Assembly: GCA_028534125.1 (NCBI GenBank)
Contig: CM052817.1
Location: 19,718,001 to 19,782,000, forward strand
DNA: 64,000 nt
Direction of reading: 5' to 3'
DNA from: Lama glama
Taxonomy: Eukaryota
Shown here: positions 34,729-48,547 of the stretch, one piece after another
Layout of the letters: each line of letters opens with the position of its first letter
How positions within the stretch are numbered: position 1 is the stretch's first letter
The notes under the pieces: model-generated
What the model saw: the letters and a program-made list of their open reading frames with translations, nothing else
Databases searched by the model: none
What the model was told of the DNA's origin: nothing
Position numbers and translations under genes: made by a program

Positions 34729-37226
34729 TTTAATATTTTTCTGTAAGGAAGTGTGTTGTGTAAGTAATCCTTTATTTTAAAGAAATTTTATTTTTAGCAG
34801 CACAAATTTACAATAATCCATGATGTCATATGGCAGAGTGGCTGCAATGTGTTTAAGAGTAAGAGGGAAAATAGGCAAAGTTGAGAAGTCTAGGAGATAA
34901 AATCCTGCTGAGAAAACTTATGATTTATACTTTAAAAATCCCATTTTTACTGGCTAAGGAAATTTTAATTTCTGTATATGAATTTATTCAAAGAAGGAAA
35001 GCAATAATTAAAACAATTCATCTTTGGAATATCTATCCTGAGCTGGCTTGGTAGTTAATTTTTTAACAATCCAGCAGAGTTTTAAATAAGTGCACTTTCA
35101 ACCTATCATATAAATGTCAAATTAAAGTTTTGTTATTAACATTTAATTTTGAGAAGTGATTTCTCTTTTGACAAGTCATTGCAAGTATCAAACTTTATCA
35201 TAATAATTCTGATATTGACTAACTGAATTCATTTTTAAATCTGTTTCTAATTAAATGTTTTTAAAATAAATTCAAAGTAACCCTTAATAGTTTTGATGTT
35301 TTACCATAACTATCACATGGCCAAAGTCATAGCTTTTTTATAGTAATGTATTATGCATTCACTAGTCTTATCACTCATGTTTAATTGCAAATTGCAAACA
35401 TGCTTTTTTTTACTGTCAGTGAAATTCACTTTATATCTTACAAATCAAATGTTTAGTCTGACAAAGAAAAATAATGCTTGACAAGGAATGTCACATAGAT
35501 AGGCAGTTAACTGAGACATTATGTAATTCAACCTTGATGAAGGGCTTTATGCAAAATTCATAACCTCCATTTGAGTCAAACTCTTGTGTATTCATTTATC
35601 AGATAAGTACCACCTCAAGCAGGCTATTTTTTATAGCTATGATCTCTGACTTATTTCTCATCTTTTTAAATGATGGTGATAGAAAGTGCTTACCAAATAC
35701 TTAAAAGCATTTTATCCTCAGTGACATTTTATCACCAGCTCACTATTGAACAGTTGCTAAGTAGACTGTGAGATAGAGGGATGTAGGAAACTAAAAATAG
35801 GAAACTCTAGGGTCAGATTTACATGAAGTTTAATCAAATTCAATCACAGCAGCACCACCTATTGGTGATTTTGTTCAGTGTAAATCCTAAATAATTCTGC
35901 TTGTGTTAAATTATAGTACATTTTGAATTAACATACATATATTTTTCCTATACTCAACTCATAAGTTATTGCTTAAACAAGGCAGTAATTATGAAGTGTA
36001 TTTCCTTTTATAAAAATACCTACCTAAATCTCTCTCTATATGACCTTCAGTTTTATATTCCAGAAGTAGTACTCAGTGTGTATCCTTTCTCACTGAATAT
36101 TGTTGAGATGTGCATTTCAGTGTGAACTCCAGTACAGAATTTTTTTTCTTAAAATAATGTCATTTTCTCATTGTCCTATATTTAAGGAAGTAGGTAATTT
36201 TATTTTAGAATCAGAATTAGACTTTTCTTATTTTGTTAAATTTTACTCAGTTTTAGATCTGTAGTCACTGGTATCAGGATGTTGTCTGTTGTTAAGAAAT
36301 ATCATGACTGTAAAGAAAGGAAGTTGAAATGTCTATAATGGCTTCTGTTAGCAAAGGGAACAGTGCCAATGCCCCTCACTTGTCAGATCGTACTTAAAAT
36401 AAAATACAAGTCTTGGGAATCCTTTTTGGATGTCCAAATATGAAAGATTGTAGTACAAAATATTATTAAATATTGAAAATATGAAGATGTCAACTATGTA
36501 ATAAGATGCCTAGAGGTGGCTGGGCATTTGCAGCACAAGAAGTGGGACTGGCCTGCTCTCACATGAGGAAGGAAGTGGGAAAATAAAATCAGTGACATTT
36601 TGTGAGAAAATTCCAAAATGACCTCTAATAATTATAGGCCATGGGATGGAGCCCCTAACAATTTTTCACACAATCTATGCTGAGCAAATTAGGTTTAATT
36701 TAGGAATCCCAGGTTGGTTTCCTAAACCCACATCGTCCACACTCATTTATAGATTTGTAGATTAAAAAAAAATTATCTTTTTTTGGATGGTTGGAAGTTC
36801 CCTAAAATAGAAACATTTTGTTCCATAGTTAGAAAATAAAAGGTCTAAGATGTAAAAACCTGTTAGTACTGAGAATTTTAGCTGAAGCATAATCAGAAAA
36901 CAAATACAGACAACTGTTCTTTAAATTATTTTCTCTTTTTCTAAGAAACGGAAAAATTAGTAAAATGGCTATAGAGTTGTAGAGTTTGCCTAATGGTGAA
37001 TTGTACAAGAAAAGATTTGAAAGTTGTTGAGAGTGATGGCTAAACATGAAAAGTCTTGTAGTGTTTTTCAGTTGCTGCAAATGCATGTTGCTATACTTGA
37101 CATGATTTCTGAATGTTTTGTTTATAAGTATTTGTTTATACAGACAGATCTTTGTTCCCTGAAGAACAAAGCTCCATAATACACAATATTTTTCCAAAAA
37201 AAGGTGGGGAAAACAAAATGATCCAC

Positions 37227-37623
37227 TCTTATGGACTGAATTTGTGTCCCCCTAAAATTCACATGTTGAAGCCCTAATCTCCAATATGACTATATTTGGA
37301 AACAGAGCTTTTAAGAAACTAATTATGGTTAGATGAGGTGAAAATGGTGAGGGAAACACTAATCCAATTAAGATAGTGTTAATATAAGAAGAGAAGGAGG
37401 CACCAGAGCTCTTTCCTTCTGTGAGTGCTCACAGTGAAAAGGCCAATGAGGGCATAGTGAGAAAGCAGCCATCTATAAACCAGAAAGTCTTCACTAGAAA
37501 CCAGCCCTGAGCATGCTTTGATCTTGGACGCTGGCCTCCAAAACCGTGAGAAAATAAACGTATCTTGTTTAAGACACCCAGTCTGTGGTAATTTGATTTG
37601 GGAGCCCCAGCATTCTAACATAC
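37227..37623 (+). mobile_element. MaLR solo LTR (MLT1A-like)
   Basis: ttatggactgaatttgtgtcccc...tgatcttggacgctggcctccaaaaccgtgagaaaataaac...cccagtctgtggtaattt. Confidence 0.9.
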
Positions 37624-37856
37624 CCGCCGCACCCATTCTCTCCCCAGAATATTACTGTTGCAGAATTTGTATTTATAGACGACACAAACACATTAAACTA
37701 ACCATTCATTTTACTTTTTTGTCAACTGCTTGTTGGTCCTGAGTCTCTTCTTTTGTATCTTAAAAAATGTATTTTCCCTATGTCTGATATATGGAATCCC
37801 ATTTCCCTCCTCCTGCAGTGTATCTTTAGATATATATGTCTATATTTTATAGCATT

Positions 37857-38387
37857 TGTGTTAGTTAACTCTTGATGCATAGCTAAAATGTAGTGGCTTC
37901 AAACAATCAATATTCACTACCTCAGAGTTTCTGAGGGTCAATCCAAGTACACCTTAGTTTTCTGCTTCCCAGTCTCTTTAAAGTCTGCAATCAAGGTTTC
38001 CAGTCTCATCTGAAGTCTTGACTGGGGAAGGATCTGTGTCTAAGTCTACTTCTGTGGTGGCTGTCAAGACTCAGTTCCTCAAGAACCGTTGGACTAAAGG
38101 CCTCAGGTCCTCACTGGCTGGAGTCCATGCTCCGTTTCTTTCCCGGTTGGCCTCTTCAACATGGAAGTTGGCTTTGGCAAAGTGTGCCAGCTGAAATGGT
38201 GATAGAGAAAGAATGCCAGCAGGATGGAAGGCCGCTTCTTTATAATCTAATCACAGAAGTGACATCTCATCACTTCCACCATATGCTATTCATTACAAGC
38301 ACTAGATTCAGCCCACACGAGGAGAATGGATTACACAAAAGTGTGAATATCAGGGGGCAGAGATTATTGAAAGTTATACCAGAAGCT
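37857..38387 (-). mobile_element. MaLR solo LTR (MLT1F-like)
   Basis: agtggcttcaaacaa...ttgactggggaaggatctg...ataatctaatcacagaagtgacatctcatcacttccaccatat. Confidence 0.85.
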
Positions 38388-40734
38388 AATGTTGCATTGT
38401 TTCACATTATACTCATATGTATATTTTCTTGGAAAAATATATTTACTTTTGTTTGAGAGTGTGTAGATTTATCACAGTAAATATTGTGATATAGATATAA
38501 TCTTATTTCTTACTTTTCACTTCTAATATATGCATTCCTATATCCCTGTTCCTTAAATATACCTCTCCCTCATTCTGTCTCTGTCTCTCTCAGCACACAC
38601 AGACACATATAGGTACACAGTCAGTTCTGCTCTCTATATTTTTAATTTAATTCTCATTTCTGCCTGTTACAAAGCATTGCTGTGGGTACCCTTCTGTACC
38701 AGGAATACACAGAGTAATGCCTAGCACATTATAGGTGTTCCATGAATATTTATTGAGAAGTAGAATTATTATGTCTAATTTCATTACAGTCCTTTGGCTC
38801 TGGATACCTAAAGTGTACAACCTTTTATTACCAGAAAAAACTTCAAAACTTTGAGTTTTTGAAATTTTGAAATGTAAGCATGTACTTAAAAATCTCTATA
38901 AACATTTCTGATGTGAAATTAAAGTTTCATATTTACTCTGATGGTAATGCTATATTTTGAAAGCTTATGCATTTTCTGAAATGTGCTCTGAAATCTCCAA
39001 GTTTTTTACTAGACTTCTTGCCTGTATAGCTCATCACCCTCTTATTGCTGAAATACATACACACATACACACACACATCAGCCCATACTCACATACATTC
39101 ATGCAAACCTTGATATATTCTTTTTTTCCATGTTTGGTTACCATGAAATCTGTTAAACTGACTCCTTTTCTCTAAACAGGCATCCAGTCAAATCCAGATA
39201 TGTGTTCAAATATGCAACCCATTAGTTTTTCTTTCACAAAATGGACAAGACCAAGGATTTCAAGACAAGTCAGATGGGAGGAATGAAATGGTATTGACAC
39301 ACATAGAAAAATATCTGAAAAATCTCATTGTTAAAAGAAGAACCAGTAGGGATTAAAGATTGGCAAATTTTATATGGGCTTTTGGATCATGGTTAATAAT
39401 GAAAATAAAAGTCTGATATTTCTGACTGGGAGTCATTTGAGGGCTGGTTCCCAAGTTTGAGCCTCATCTTTAATAAGACAAAATGACTTTTCTTGAAGCA
39501 TTTTCTCTTCTTTTTAATTTTTGGGGAGAAAAATGATATGGCAGGAGACATTTTTATTTTTAGGTCCTTCATTCAAGAATGAGAATAAATGGCCCCAGGC
39601 AGCTGCCTAATTCATTCTCTAGTACTTCCAGAACAGGATATTTCTAAAAAAAAAAAAAAAAAAAAAAAAAGACATACTATTTTTTTAAACCAAACATTTC
39701 CTTATAAAATAAATTTTTTTATCATGATATTTTGGCCCAAATTATACAACCTGTTTGATCCATAGTATCTAAGTCTGACAGATGTCACTTTCTGCCAACT
39801 AAAAGTTTAGTATATGTGCCTATATTTATGTTGAACAGAACTCAAATATTGATAGTTACCAGGTATTAAATCCTAACCCTAGGTTGTGGCCATTCACTTA
39901 TTGCTAAAAAATTTATGTACTTTTAGTTTTACACACTTAGTTCTTGACCAGTCACTCATCTGGGAATGGAAACCTCTCTATCCTTGGAGAAACAAACCTA
40001 ATGTGAGACAGCACCCCATTTCTATAACCTATGTATTTTAGCTCGAACTGCATTAACGGATTTTTCTTTCCCAGATAACACTCAAGGCTCTTCCTGGTTT
40101 TCAATATTGCTTGGTATTAAAGAAGTCATGTTGAACTTTATTTGAAACTAAGTCATATTTTTCCAAGCATTTAATATTCGGGTAACTTTGGGTCTTTCTC
40201 ACTCTCTTTCTCTCTCTCTTTTTTAATGAGTAAATATGTTTCAACTATTCTTTGCTCTCAAAATTCTAATTCAAGTCATTTGGCATGAGTATGTTTCACC
40301 AAGCACCCTATATAAAAAGCAAGAACTGCCAATTCCCTGTAATTCTGAGGCAATTTCCATACGTTACACCGTTATTATGTTCTTGTAGGCTAATTGGTAA
40401 TTATACCCAAATTAGGGTTCTTGGAAATGTTACTCTTGAGAAAAAATTATCTTTAATTTTCCTCAATAAGCTTTTTTCTACATAGATATTTTATAATTCA
40501 TTTACATCATCTGCAAGATGGTTTGGCTTCTTTAATAATGTGCTCAGGACACAATAACTTAAATTTTTAGTAATATTAATATTAAATGAGTATAAAGAAC
40601 AGTTGCCAGTCTGGAAATGTTTCCCCTCTCCTCTCCATCCCCAGGTACAAACTGCAAAAATAATTTAAAATATGTCTTATCAAGAAGGCACATCAGAAAA
40701 TGAAATCCTTGTGCTACTCTTAGGTTTATAGTAG

Positions 40735-41887
40735 GTGTAAAAAATGATTATAGTTGCACAAATACCGTGCAAAGACCACTGGGAATACACCTGCAGTTGA
40801 ACATTTGGGGTTTATTACTCATTGCATATATGGGAGGGAAGACTCATGCTTAGGGTGTCTTTCCTACTATGTGCTGCCAATCAAAAAATATTCTCCTTCC
40901 CTGCTCAGCCCTGTTTAATCCACCATCAGTTGGAGGTTCCATGGAGTAGACAACATAAGGAGACTCTCACCAGCTGTGTAATCTTGAGCCTTCAGTCTCT
41001 GAGAGCTTTAATTTCCCTCATCTTTAAGATGAATCTAAATTTTCTTACATAATGGAAGACCCATAATTTAATGTGTTCAATAAAAGTTATTAATCATTCT
41101 TACAGGCAGCACTTGCTTCTCAATGAAGCCAAGATCCCACCTCTACCATCCCTAAGCCTCAGATGAGAACATCTTCTTAGGCTCCCAAATCTCAGACCGA
41201 AAAGTGAAAAAAGCTTGCAGACTGTGGGAGAGCAGTGAAACATACTGAGGCCTTGGGCTGACTTCATTCTGGGCTTGCCTGTTTGCATGTTTGGTTTGGT
41301 TCTGGCCGTGGGTCTCTAAGGGAACAAGATTGCTGTCTTGGAAGGCATGGGGGCTCTGCCTTGGATTGAATGATGTTCAGTGTGACTGCAAGAGTGTAAC
41401 TATTGGGAATTGTGGAGCATCTCTGTAAGTGGATGCTAAAAAGGACATATCATTAGATTTTGCCTTGTGTTAGATGATTTGGGGGGAAATACAAGGAATT
41501 AAAGCTTTGTTCTAAATTAGATTGGGCATTGGGAAGCAGGGGTAATTCTGTGATTTGCCATCTTAATTAATTTTACCTAAAAGGAAGAAAAGTTAAAGCT
41601 GTAACTGGAAAAGAAGCAGCAGTCACTCAAATTAACTGGGATAAGGGGATTTGGGTCAACTTGTCTGTAATCACACATAATAGTGAAGAGGTCTTATTTT
41701 TATCTTGATCCATCCTGATAGAGTTGCCTAGTTTGATGTTGATCTTGTGTAAAATCGTGTGTAAAATTGTGTTCAACAAGTGGGCACCAAAACCTAGCTG
41801 AGTGTCAGGCCAGCTCATCACAACACCATGGTCTAGCTGGCAGTTCCAAGCCAGCACCCAGAAATCAGGGACTTTTCTGTTTCTCAG
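40735..41887 (-). mobile_element. ERV1 solo LTR (MER89-like) split into 40735-40850 and 41400-41887
   Basis: gttgaacatttggggtttattactcattgca continues in the recalled consensus as ...gggaattgtggagcatctc...aagaagcagcagtcactca...cctagctgagtgtcaggccagctc...tttctca. Confidence 0.7.
40965..41092 (+). mobile_element. MIR fragment inside the LTR-splitting insert
   Basis: ctcaccagctgtgtaatcttgagc...ctttaatttccctcatctttaagatg...gtgttcaataaaagttatt. Confidence 0.65.
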
Positions 41888-42004
41888 TAGTTAGAATTGC
41901 AATAAGTTTTTAGCCTTTTGTACAATAAGGTCAGCCACTTTGACTAGAACTTAGGGACAAAATAAAGAAAAAATGCTCATTTGGTGAACCACTGTCCCTG
42001 AAAC

Positions 42005-42408
42005 TTTCATTCTACAGTAGCCACACTGACTGGCTTGCTGTCCCTCCACAATGACCAGCCACTTCCCACCTTAGGACTTTTTTTAATTATCTCTACCATT
42101 ATTCCCAAATTCTATGCTTGTATTTATTATTCATGCTTTACTTAAGTATCTCAAAAATAACAGCTTTCATCATGCAATCGAAAATAGCCCCCAACTCATT
42201 TCTGATCCAGTGCTCTCTCCCCTCGTTATACTTACCAGCCTCAGAAACTATCTTGTTTATTTAGTTTTTACTTATTTGTCTCTCTGGGAGGGCCACTCTT
42301 CCCCAAAAAGAAAAGTTCCATGAATTCAGAGACCGTGCAGATTATATTTGCTACTCTTTCCTCTGGCACATTTTGGGTTCTCATTAGATATTTGATGAAT
42401 AAATAAAC
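42005..42408 (+). mobile_element. LINE-2 3' end
   Basis: tagccacactgactggcttgctgtccctc...cccaccttaggacttt...aagttccatga...atatttgatgaataaataaa. Confidence 0.75.
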
Positions 42409-43210
42409 ACAGGAAGCACATTTCATTGTTAAGCACTGTGTCCTTTAATGTTCTTACTGTTACATGCTTTTCTGAAGAAGGAAGTTTTCTGAGTTAGAAA
42501 CATATCATTGTGTAACAAAGTGAATATACAGATTCCAGCACCCTAACTCAAGTCTTCAGAAAGAATTTTACATTTCCTAGGAAACAGTGTGTGGGCAAGA
42601 GAGAATCGTTGATACTGTGCCATGTGGGCATAAATTTGAACACTATCTCATACTCCCTTCCTTCTCTTCCAGGGCAATGTACCTGAGGCAATTAAAATTA
42701 ACTAATCTTAAATTTAAAGGAAAGAGTTAATCTCATGGCACCTAAAGATTTTCACCTAGGGGCTCTCACAAGCAGACCTGAGAACATAACTTAGCGGATT
42801 ATAGATAACTCATTCTGACACATGGCATCCTACAACAAAATGACCTGCTTCATCCTACTGCAGGCAGCTCAGACTTGCATGTAAGGAGAGATAACAAGAC
42901 CAAAGAACGTGTTCATGCCTGTGTGCCAGAAAGAGCTTACTGCCAGGTTCCTTTCTGGTGCCAAAATTAGGAAGGCTTTTAGGATTCTAGCATGAGATAA
43001 ACTCAGGCTCTTCCTATAAGATACAACCTGTCATTCAGAAGAAAGTCACAATGAAGAAATGGATATTTCTGTGATTATTTAGCTGGAGAGTTGACCACGA
43101 TCACGCTGTTGCAGTCATATGATAGGCATATTTTATTTAGACCCTCCCATTAGGCTCTAATACCATCCGTAGTTTACAGCTCCCTTGAAGACCACAGTGC
43201 AGTGGAGTTC

Positions 43211-43714
43211 TGTTGCGTGTCAGTTATCTGTGGCATTTCTGCATGTCTTCTGTAAGCCTTTGCTTTGAACTATCTTCCCAGGATTGTTTATATAGTAAGT
43301 AGTCTTGGAAGGTGCAAACAGGGTATCCCTTTGGGGAAAAGGACAGATTTGGTTTCTGACCCGGATGATAAAGATAATGTCTCCTTCTGGGATAATGGTT
43401 AGACTGGTTTGCCGGTAGTTCTTTTAAGAGGTGGGTTTCTAAGCTCAGCATCCCTTGACTGTGACACAGGTTCTTTATATATGTAGCATTTACTTGTGCC
43501 AGCCTCCACATCATCTCTGTGGGATTTGGCGGGAGGGTGGAGGGAACCCAACGCAAACTGAAAGTTCATGCATTTTATTGTGCCGTGAGTAATAAAGTCC
43601 TTTGTCTCAGATTCAGAACGCTCATGTCTTCTGTCAGCACCTGGGAAACTGTAGGAAGTTAATTTAGCAGACTTCAAATAGGGTAAAATATCAGACCCTC
43701 CACAGTTCTTCGTG
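43211..43714 (+). mobile_element. ERVL solo LTR (MER76-like)
   Basis: gtgccgtgagtaataaagtcctttgtctc...tgtcttctgtcagca...tagggtaaaatatcagaccctccacagttctt. Confidence 0.75.
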
Positions 43715-44291
43715 TTTCTTCTTATGCTTGAAAGCTGTGTCATGCAGGGAAGATAAAAACAAATATAAAACGAGGAGTCAGAGATATGTATTTTAGCAGT
43801 GTCTTGGACTTGCTTCTTGTTATGTTTGGACTTCTTTTTATTATCTATAAAAGGGAACATAGTACCAGTCAGGTATATTGCTTCAGTCAAGGTAAGATCA
43901 TTGGTTGACTGTGCACAGTTCTACACAATTTTAGCTAGAACTAAATTCCTCTCTTCTCATTCAGGTAAATACAGAGATGTAGGTGATTAAGTAAAAAAAT
44001 TTACTAGTGACAATCTTGAATTTTTTTTATTTGTATTATTAAAAGAAAAGTAATTTAATCAAAGTCCAATATATTGATGATTTCTAGGAACTGATTGCTT
44101 GTGGCTGATCTTGTAGCTAATTATGACACAAGTCATGATAGTTTCCATTTAAAACATGTGGACCAGGCAATATCTAAGGTTTCTGCCAAGACTATATTTT
44201 TCCTGTGCACTGGTTTGTAGTAGAAATGTACAATCTTATTATTTCTGAAGTCCAGAGGTAAATGCATCTCTTCTTGTACTTAATTTGCTAT

Positions 44292-44525
44292 CATATAAAA
44301 TAGATAAACAGTAAGTTCATGCTGTATAGCACAGGGAACTATGTTCAATATCTTGTTACTACTCATGGTGAAAAAGAATATGAATACTTCAATAAAATAT
44401 ATTAAAAAGAAAGAAGTGAAGAGAAAAGAATATGAAAATGAATATATGTATATTCATGTATGACTGAAACACCAGAAATTGACATAGCATTGTAAACTGA
44501 CTCTACTTAAATATAATATATAAAA
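44292..44525 (+). mobile_element. Short lineage-specific L1 3'UTR insertion containing a nested micro-L1
   Basis: ataaaatagataaac...ctgtatagcacagggaactatgttcaatatcttg...caccagaaattgac...ttgtaaactgactctactt. Confidence 0.88.
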
Positions 44526-47500
44526 GTGATTTTGTAACTGGAACATATCTGGTTTCTTTTTGTAGCTAATAAACACCTTATTTAAGTCATCACTTTCTTC
44601 TTTTTTGAAATATATGTAGAAGGGTCTCATAACTAGCCATCAAAAAAGAGACTCATAAATATTCCATAACTTTTTATATACAGTCATATCTTAAAGAGAT
44701 AACTGAGACTTCCAACAATTGCTCATGGAATCCCGAGCTCCTCATCCGTGACTGTGGAGGTCAACTTTAGTGGTGGTCTTAAGAGTGCTGGTGCTAATGC
44801 ACAGTGGGCAGTATACAAAAAAGCCTGCTAAAGATGCTTAAGGGCTGCTCTATGATCATGCATTACAATGTTTATTTTAATGTAGGTGTCACTATGTTGG
44901 TTATATTTTTGAAATAATGAAATAATGAGAGAAAAAAAGATACTGAAAGCTGAGATTTAAAATAAAAACAGTTGCTCAGTTTGAAATGCTCTCTCTACCT
45001 GATGATTCATTAAGAAGTGATTATATCTTAAAAAAAAATAGATAGCCATGGCAACCCACTTCAGAGTGTATGTCAAACTATGAAGAATATAAATTGTGTT
45101 TCTTTTAAAAGACCTTATAACACCAGCTATGCTGTCAGCATAAAGCTCTTAACAATGTAATGTGACTGCTAAAATAACAAATCGGTTATATATTCAACGT
45201 CAGAATAACATAGGAAATTTAGCTCTCAGTTCTATAAATATGACATGCACATGAAACTTGTGGTGACCTAGAACATATAGTAGAAGCTATCTGTAGCCGC
45301 TTTGCAAGTAAGTACAATTCATTATATTTTAAACCATTAAAAGTTTTAATGCATCAATGCACCTCAATACAATTGCTTACGGCCTAAATTTATGCCAGTT
45401 TGTAACCATGAATGTGTGTGAGAGTGTGTGTATAAAGCTGAAGTACAGAAAGAACAACTCTTTTAAAAATCTGTATATTCAAATTAAAAATAAATCAATT
45501 TTTTTATCAATATAGAAATGTTTCTTTTAATGACTTCCTGGTTTTGGCTTTGCCACTCACTAGAAGACATGGAGAACTAGAAATTACACTGGCTCCTATA
45601 TAATACAAGTCTGATGAGAACAAACATAATCTTTCCTTCATTCTTTGAAACTCTTCTTTTAAGTGAATAGCTGTTACTTACGTCATGGAAAACTTTTTGA
45701 GATTTTTTATACTAATGGTATCTTTGAAATATGTGTACATTGTCAAAGTTTGAAGTAAGAAGTTGTTCAATGAGTTGCATCCTGGATCTGAAATAATTTC
45801 CTTCTGCCAATATTTCTCTCCTCTTCTCTGAGAATGCAGTGCCAGCTGGTGGCACCAGCAGATCAATGACGTTAACTCAGCTCTCAGTTTCCATTTGGCC
45901 TCACTTTTATGAAAAATATCCACCCAGTTGGTATATTTTTATATTCCTTAACCTAAAGTAAAAGTTGTCATTATGGTTATCATCTATTTTTTGTTTGCTG
46001 TAAGTTTTTTTTTGAAAAAATCAGTTCCCATATGGATAAAGAAAAGTTGAAAACAACTAATGCTTAAAAGATTTTAAACCCTGTAGCTCAATAATAAGGG
46101 CATTAATGTCAAGTATGAACAAAGGAAAAAAAGGAACTGACATAAAAAAACATATTGAAGCACCACTTCATCAAGATAAGTCTAAATCATGTCTAAATTC
46201 TGTCTTTCTAATTACTCATTAATAGGCTATTCAAGAAAGATACAAACTTTATTAGTATTGCTCTAGGTCCCTGAAGTAGGTCTAACCGTTGAACCATATG
46301 AACTGAAGATGTCTTCTTAAACTAGTTGGCACACTTTCAAAGAATTTAGTTCCATCTTTGACGCTCGTCTTAGTATATAGGGCCCTATTATGGTTCTCAT
46401 TAGTAACTACTATTCATATACTTGCTGGCTTCTCACTCCATGTTGCTGGTACCATTTTCTTCAAGTCGGTCTTAGGAGAACTTGCTGAGTGACACTAGTA
46501 GACCACAGGTTACAGAATACCCTCTAACAGCATTCAGTAGCACGTGGACCTCTCAGCAAGCACTTGGTCTTTCTATGAATACAAACAACCACTGCTCAGA
46601 GATATTTTGTTTTAATTTTGTTGATTGCGCTGTATTTCCTTTGTGTGAATAAGGAATTGGGCTGAAGAAAATAATTCTTAGGAAGGAAAATCTTATCTTT
46701 CATTTTAAACAATAATTTTTTTCTTAAACAATAATTTTTGTGTTCTCTTTTCATCTCCTAGCTGTGATAACACAGGGGCCCTGTTTTTAATACTCCAGTG
46801 AAATGCATTTTAATATCCTATTGATCAAATTACTCTGTTGTTTCCCAAGGTGACAGACATAAATCATAAAATATTTCCTTACTTATGCCTTACCTTGTTC
46901 TAGGAAAAATACAAGGGTATATTTATACAAGGGTGTAAATAATTTGACAATGTGAAAAATGTTAAAAAATATAAAGAAAGACAAAACACTGGGAACCAAA
47001 AAGATAAGAAAGAAAGTGGTGCTCATTGGAGGTTATCTGCAAATTATATGTTATTGACCATTATAGGCGTATATAAAAGATAAGTCAAAGTTCGTCTCTA
47101 AGTTTTCTAACAGCCACAACGAAGGAGAAAACCCAGTAAATGATAGAACTGACAGAATTCATAAGATAAAACAAAAGCTCATGGAAAGCCTATTTGTTCA
47201 TGGGTCTGAGAAAAGGCATAAACACTTCCTAAGAATTCTTATAGGTCAGTGTTTTATGAATGTGCTATATAAAACTTTCACAATGTATTTATAATTTAGT
47301 ATTAAAAAATCTTAAAAAATAAGAGAGGCCCTAAATGTCCGAGCTCAGCTTTTCCTGCTAGAACTTAAAGAGTAGTTATCTAAAGATGATGATTCTAAAA
47401 CTGACAATTTCAGATCAGGTAGGATGCAAGTGAACTGAGCTCATATTGATGGATAGAAACAAGGGATGTGATTATTAGTGTCTTTGTAATCTTTCACCAT

Positions 47501-47580
47501 AGGTGGAACTTTAAAATGATGTTCTATCCCCATCTTCTCATTGTTTTCATTTAGGATGACAAGCCTATCCCAGTTTTCCC

Positions 47581-48080
47581 NNNNNNNNNNNNNNNNNNNN
47601 NNNNNNNNNNNNNNNNNNNNNNNNNNNNNNNNNNNNNNNNNNNNNNNNNNNNNNNNNNNNNNNNNNNNNNNNNNNNNNNNNNNNNNNNNNNNNNNNNNNN
47701 NNNNNNNNNNNNNNNNNNNNNNNNNNNNNNNNNNNNNNNNNNNNNNNNNNNNNNNNNNNNNNNNNNNNNNNNNNNNNNNNNNNNNNNNNNNNNNNNNNNN
47801 NNNNNNNNNNNNNNNNNNNNNNNNNNNNNNNNNNNNNNNNNNNNNNNNNNNNNNNNNNNNNNNNNNNNNNNNNNNNNNNNNNNNNNNNNNNNNNNNNNNN
47901 NNNNNNNNNNNNNNNNNNNNNNNNNNNNNNNNNNNNNNNNNNNNNNNNNNNNNNNNNNNNNNNNNNNNNNNNNNNNNNNNNNNNNNNNNNNNNNNNNNNN
48001 NNNNNNNNNNNNNNNNNNNNNNNNNNNNNNNNNNNNNNNNNNNNNNNNNNNNNNNNNNNNNNNNNNNNNNNNNNNNNNNN
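47581..48080. other. Assembly gap (500 N)
   Basis: Run of N. Confidence 1.
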
Positions 48081-48547
48081 TATCATTTAAGGAAACACAT
48101 CAAATGTATTTAATTGATGTAACCTAATTTCCTTAACCATGTTATCTTGCTTAAAGACAATTTTTCTTCCAGGTTTTTATCACTGGTGATAAAGTCACAA
48201 TGGATAACTTCAGATATTGCAGTTTTCCTCTAATTTGGATGATTATCTTAGGATAATTTACGAATAGTCAAAATATATGAACATTTTAAGACACCACAAT
48301 TATCGTCAAATTACTTTTCAAAAAAGTTTTACCCGTTGCATTTGATGTTGTCTTCATTGTTAGTATTAGCATCGGAAATTGACTACACTACTTCCTGGGC
48401 AAAAACAATGGAAACAAACACTACAAATACTACTTCCTGGAGAAGAACGTGTTTATAAATCAAGGCTAGTTCTTGGAAACCCCATCTACTGTGGGTAGAC
48501 ACTGAGATCCCGAGGAGAGGGGACAGTATTCAGTTACAATCTGAATA

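Noticed and set aside
36490..36560. Possible RTE-type LINE relic (RW.GH-like codons)
   Set aside because: Too short and needs a frameshift; cannot be supported without a search.
43399..43890. 163-aa minus-strand ORF, the longest real ORF
   Set aside because: Mostly antisense to a MER76-like LTR, with no recognisable domain.
46705..46739. Short direct duplications here, at 48387-48440 and at 19470-19505
   Set aside because: Ordinary slippage duplications with two copies only; not CRISPR-like or array-like.
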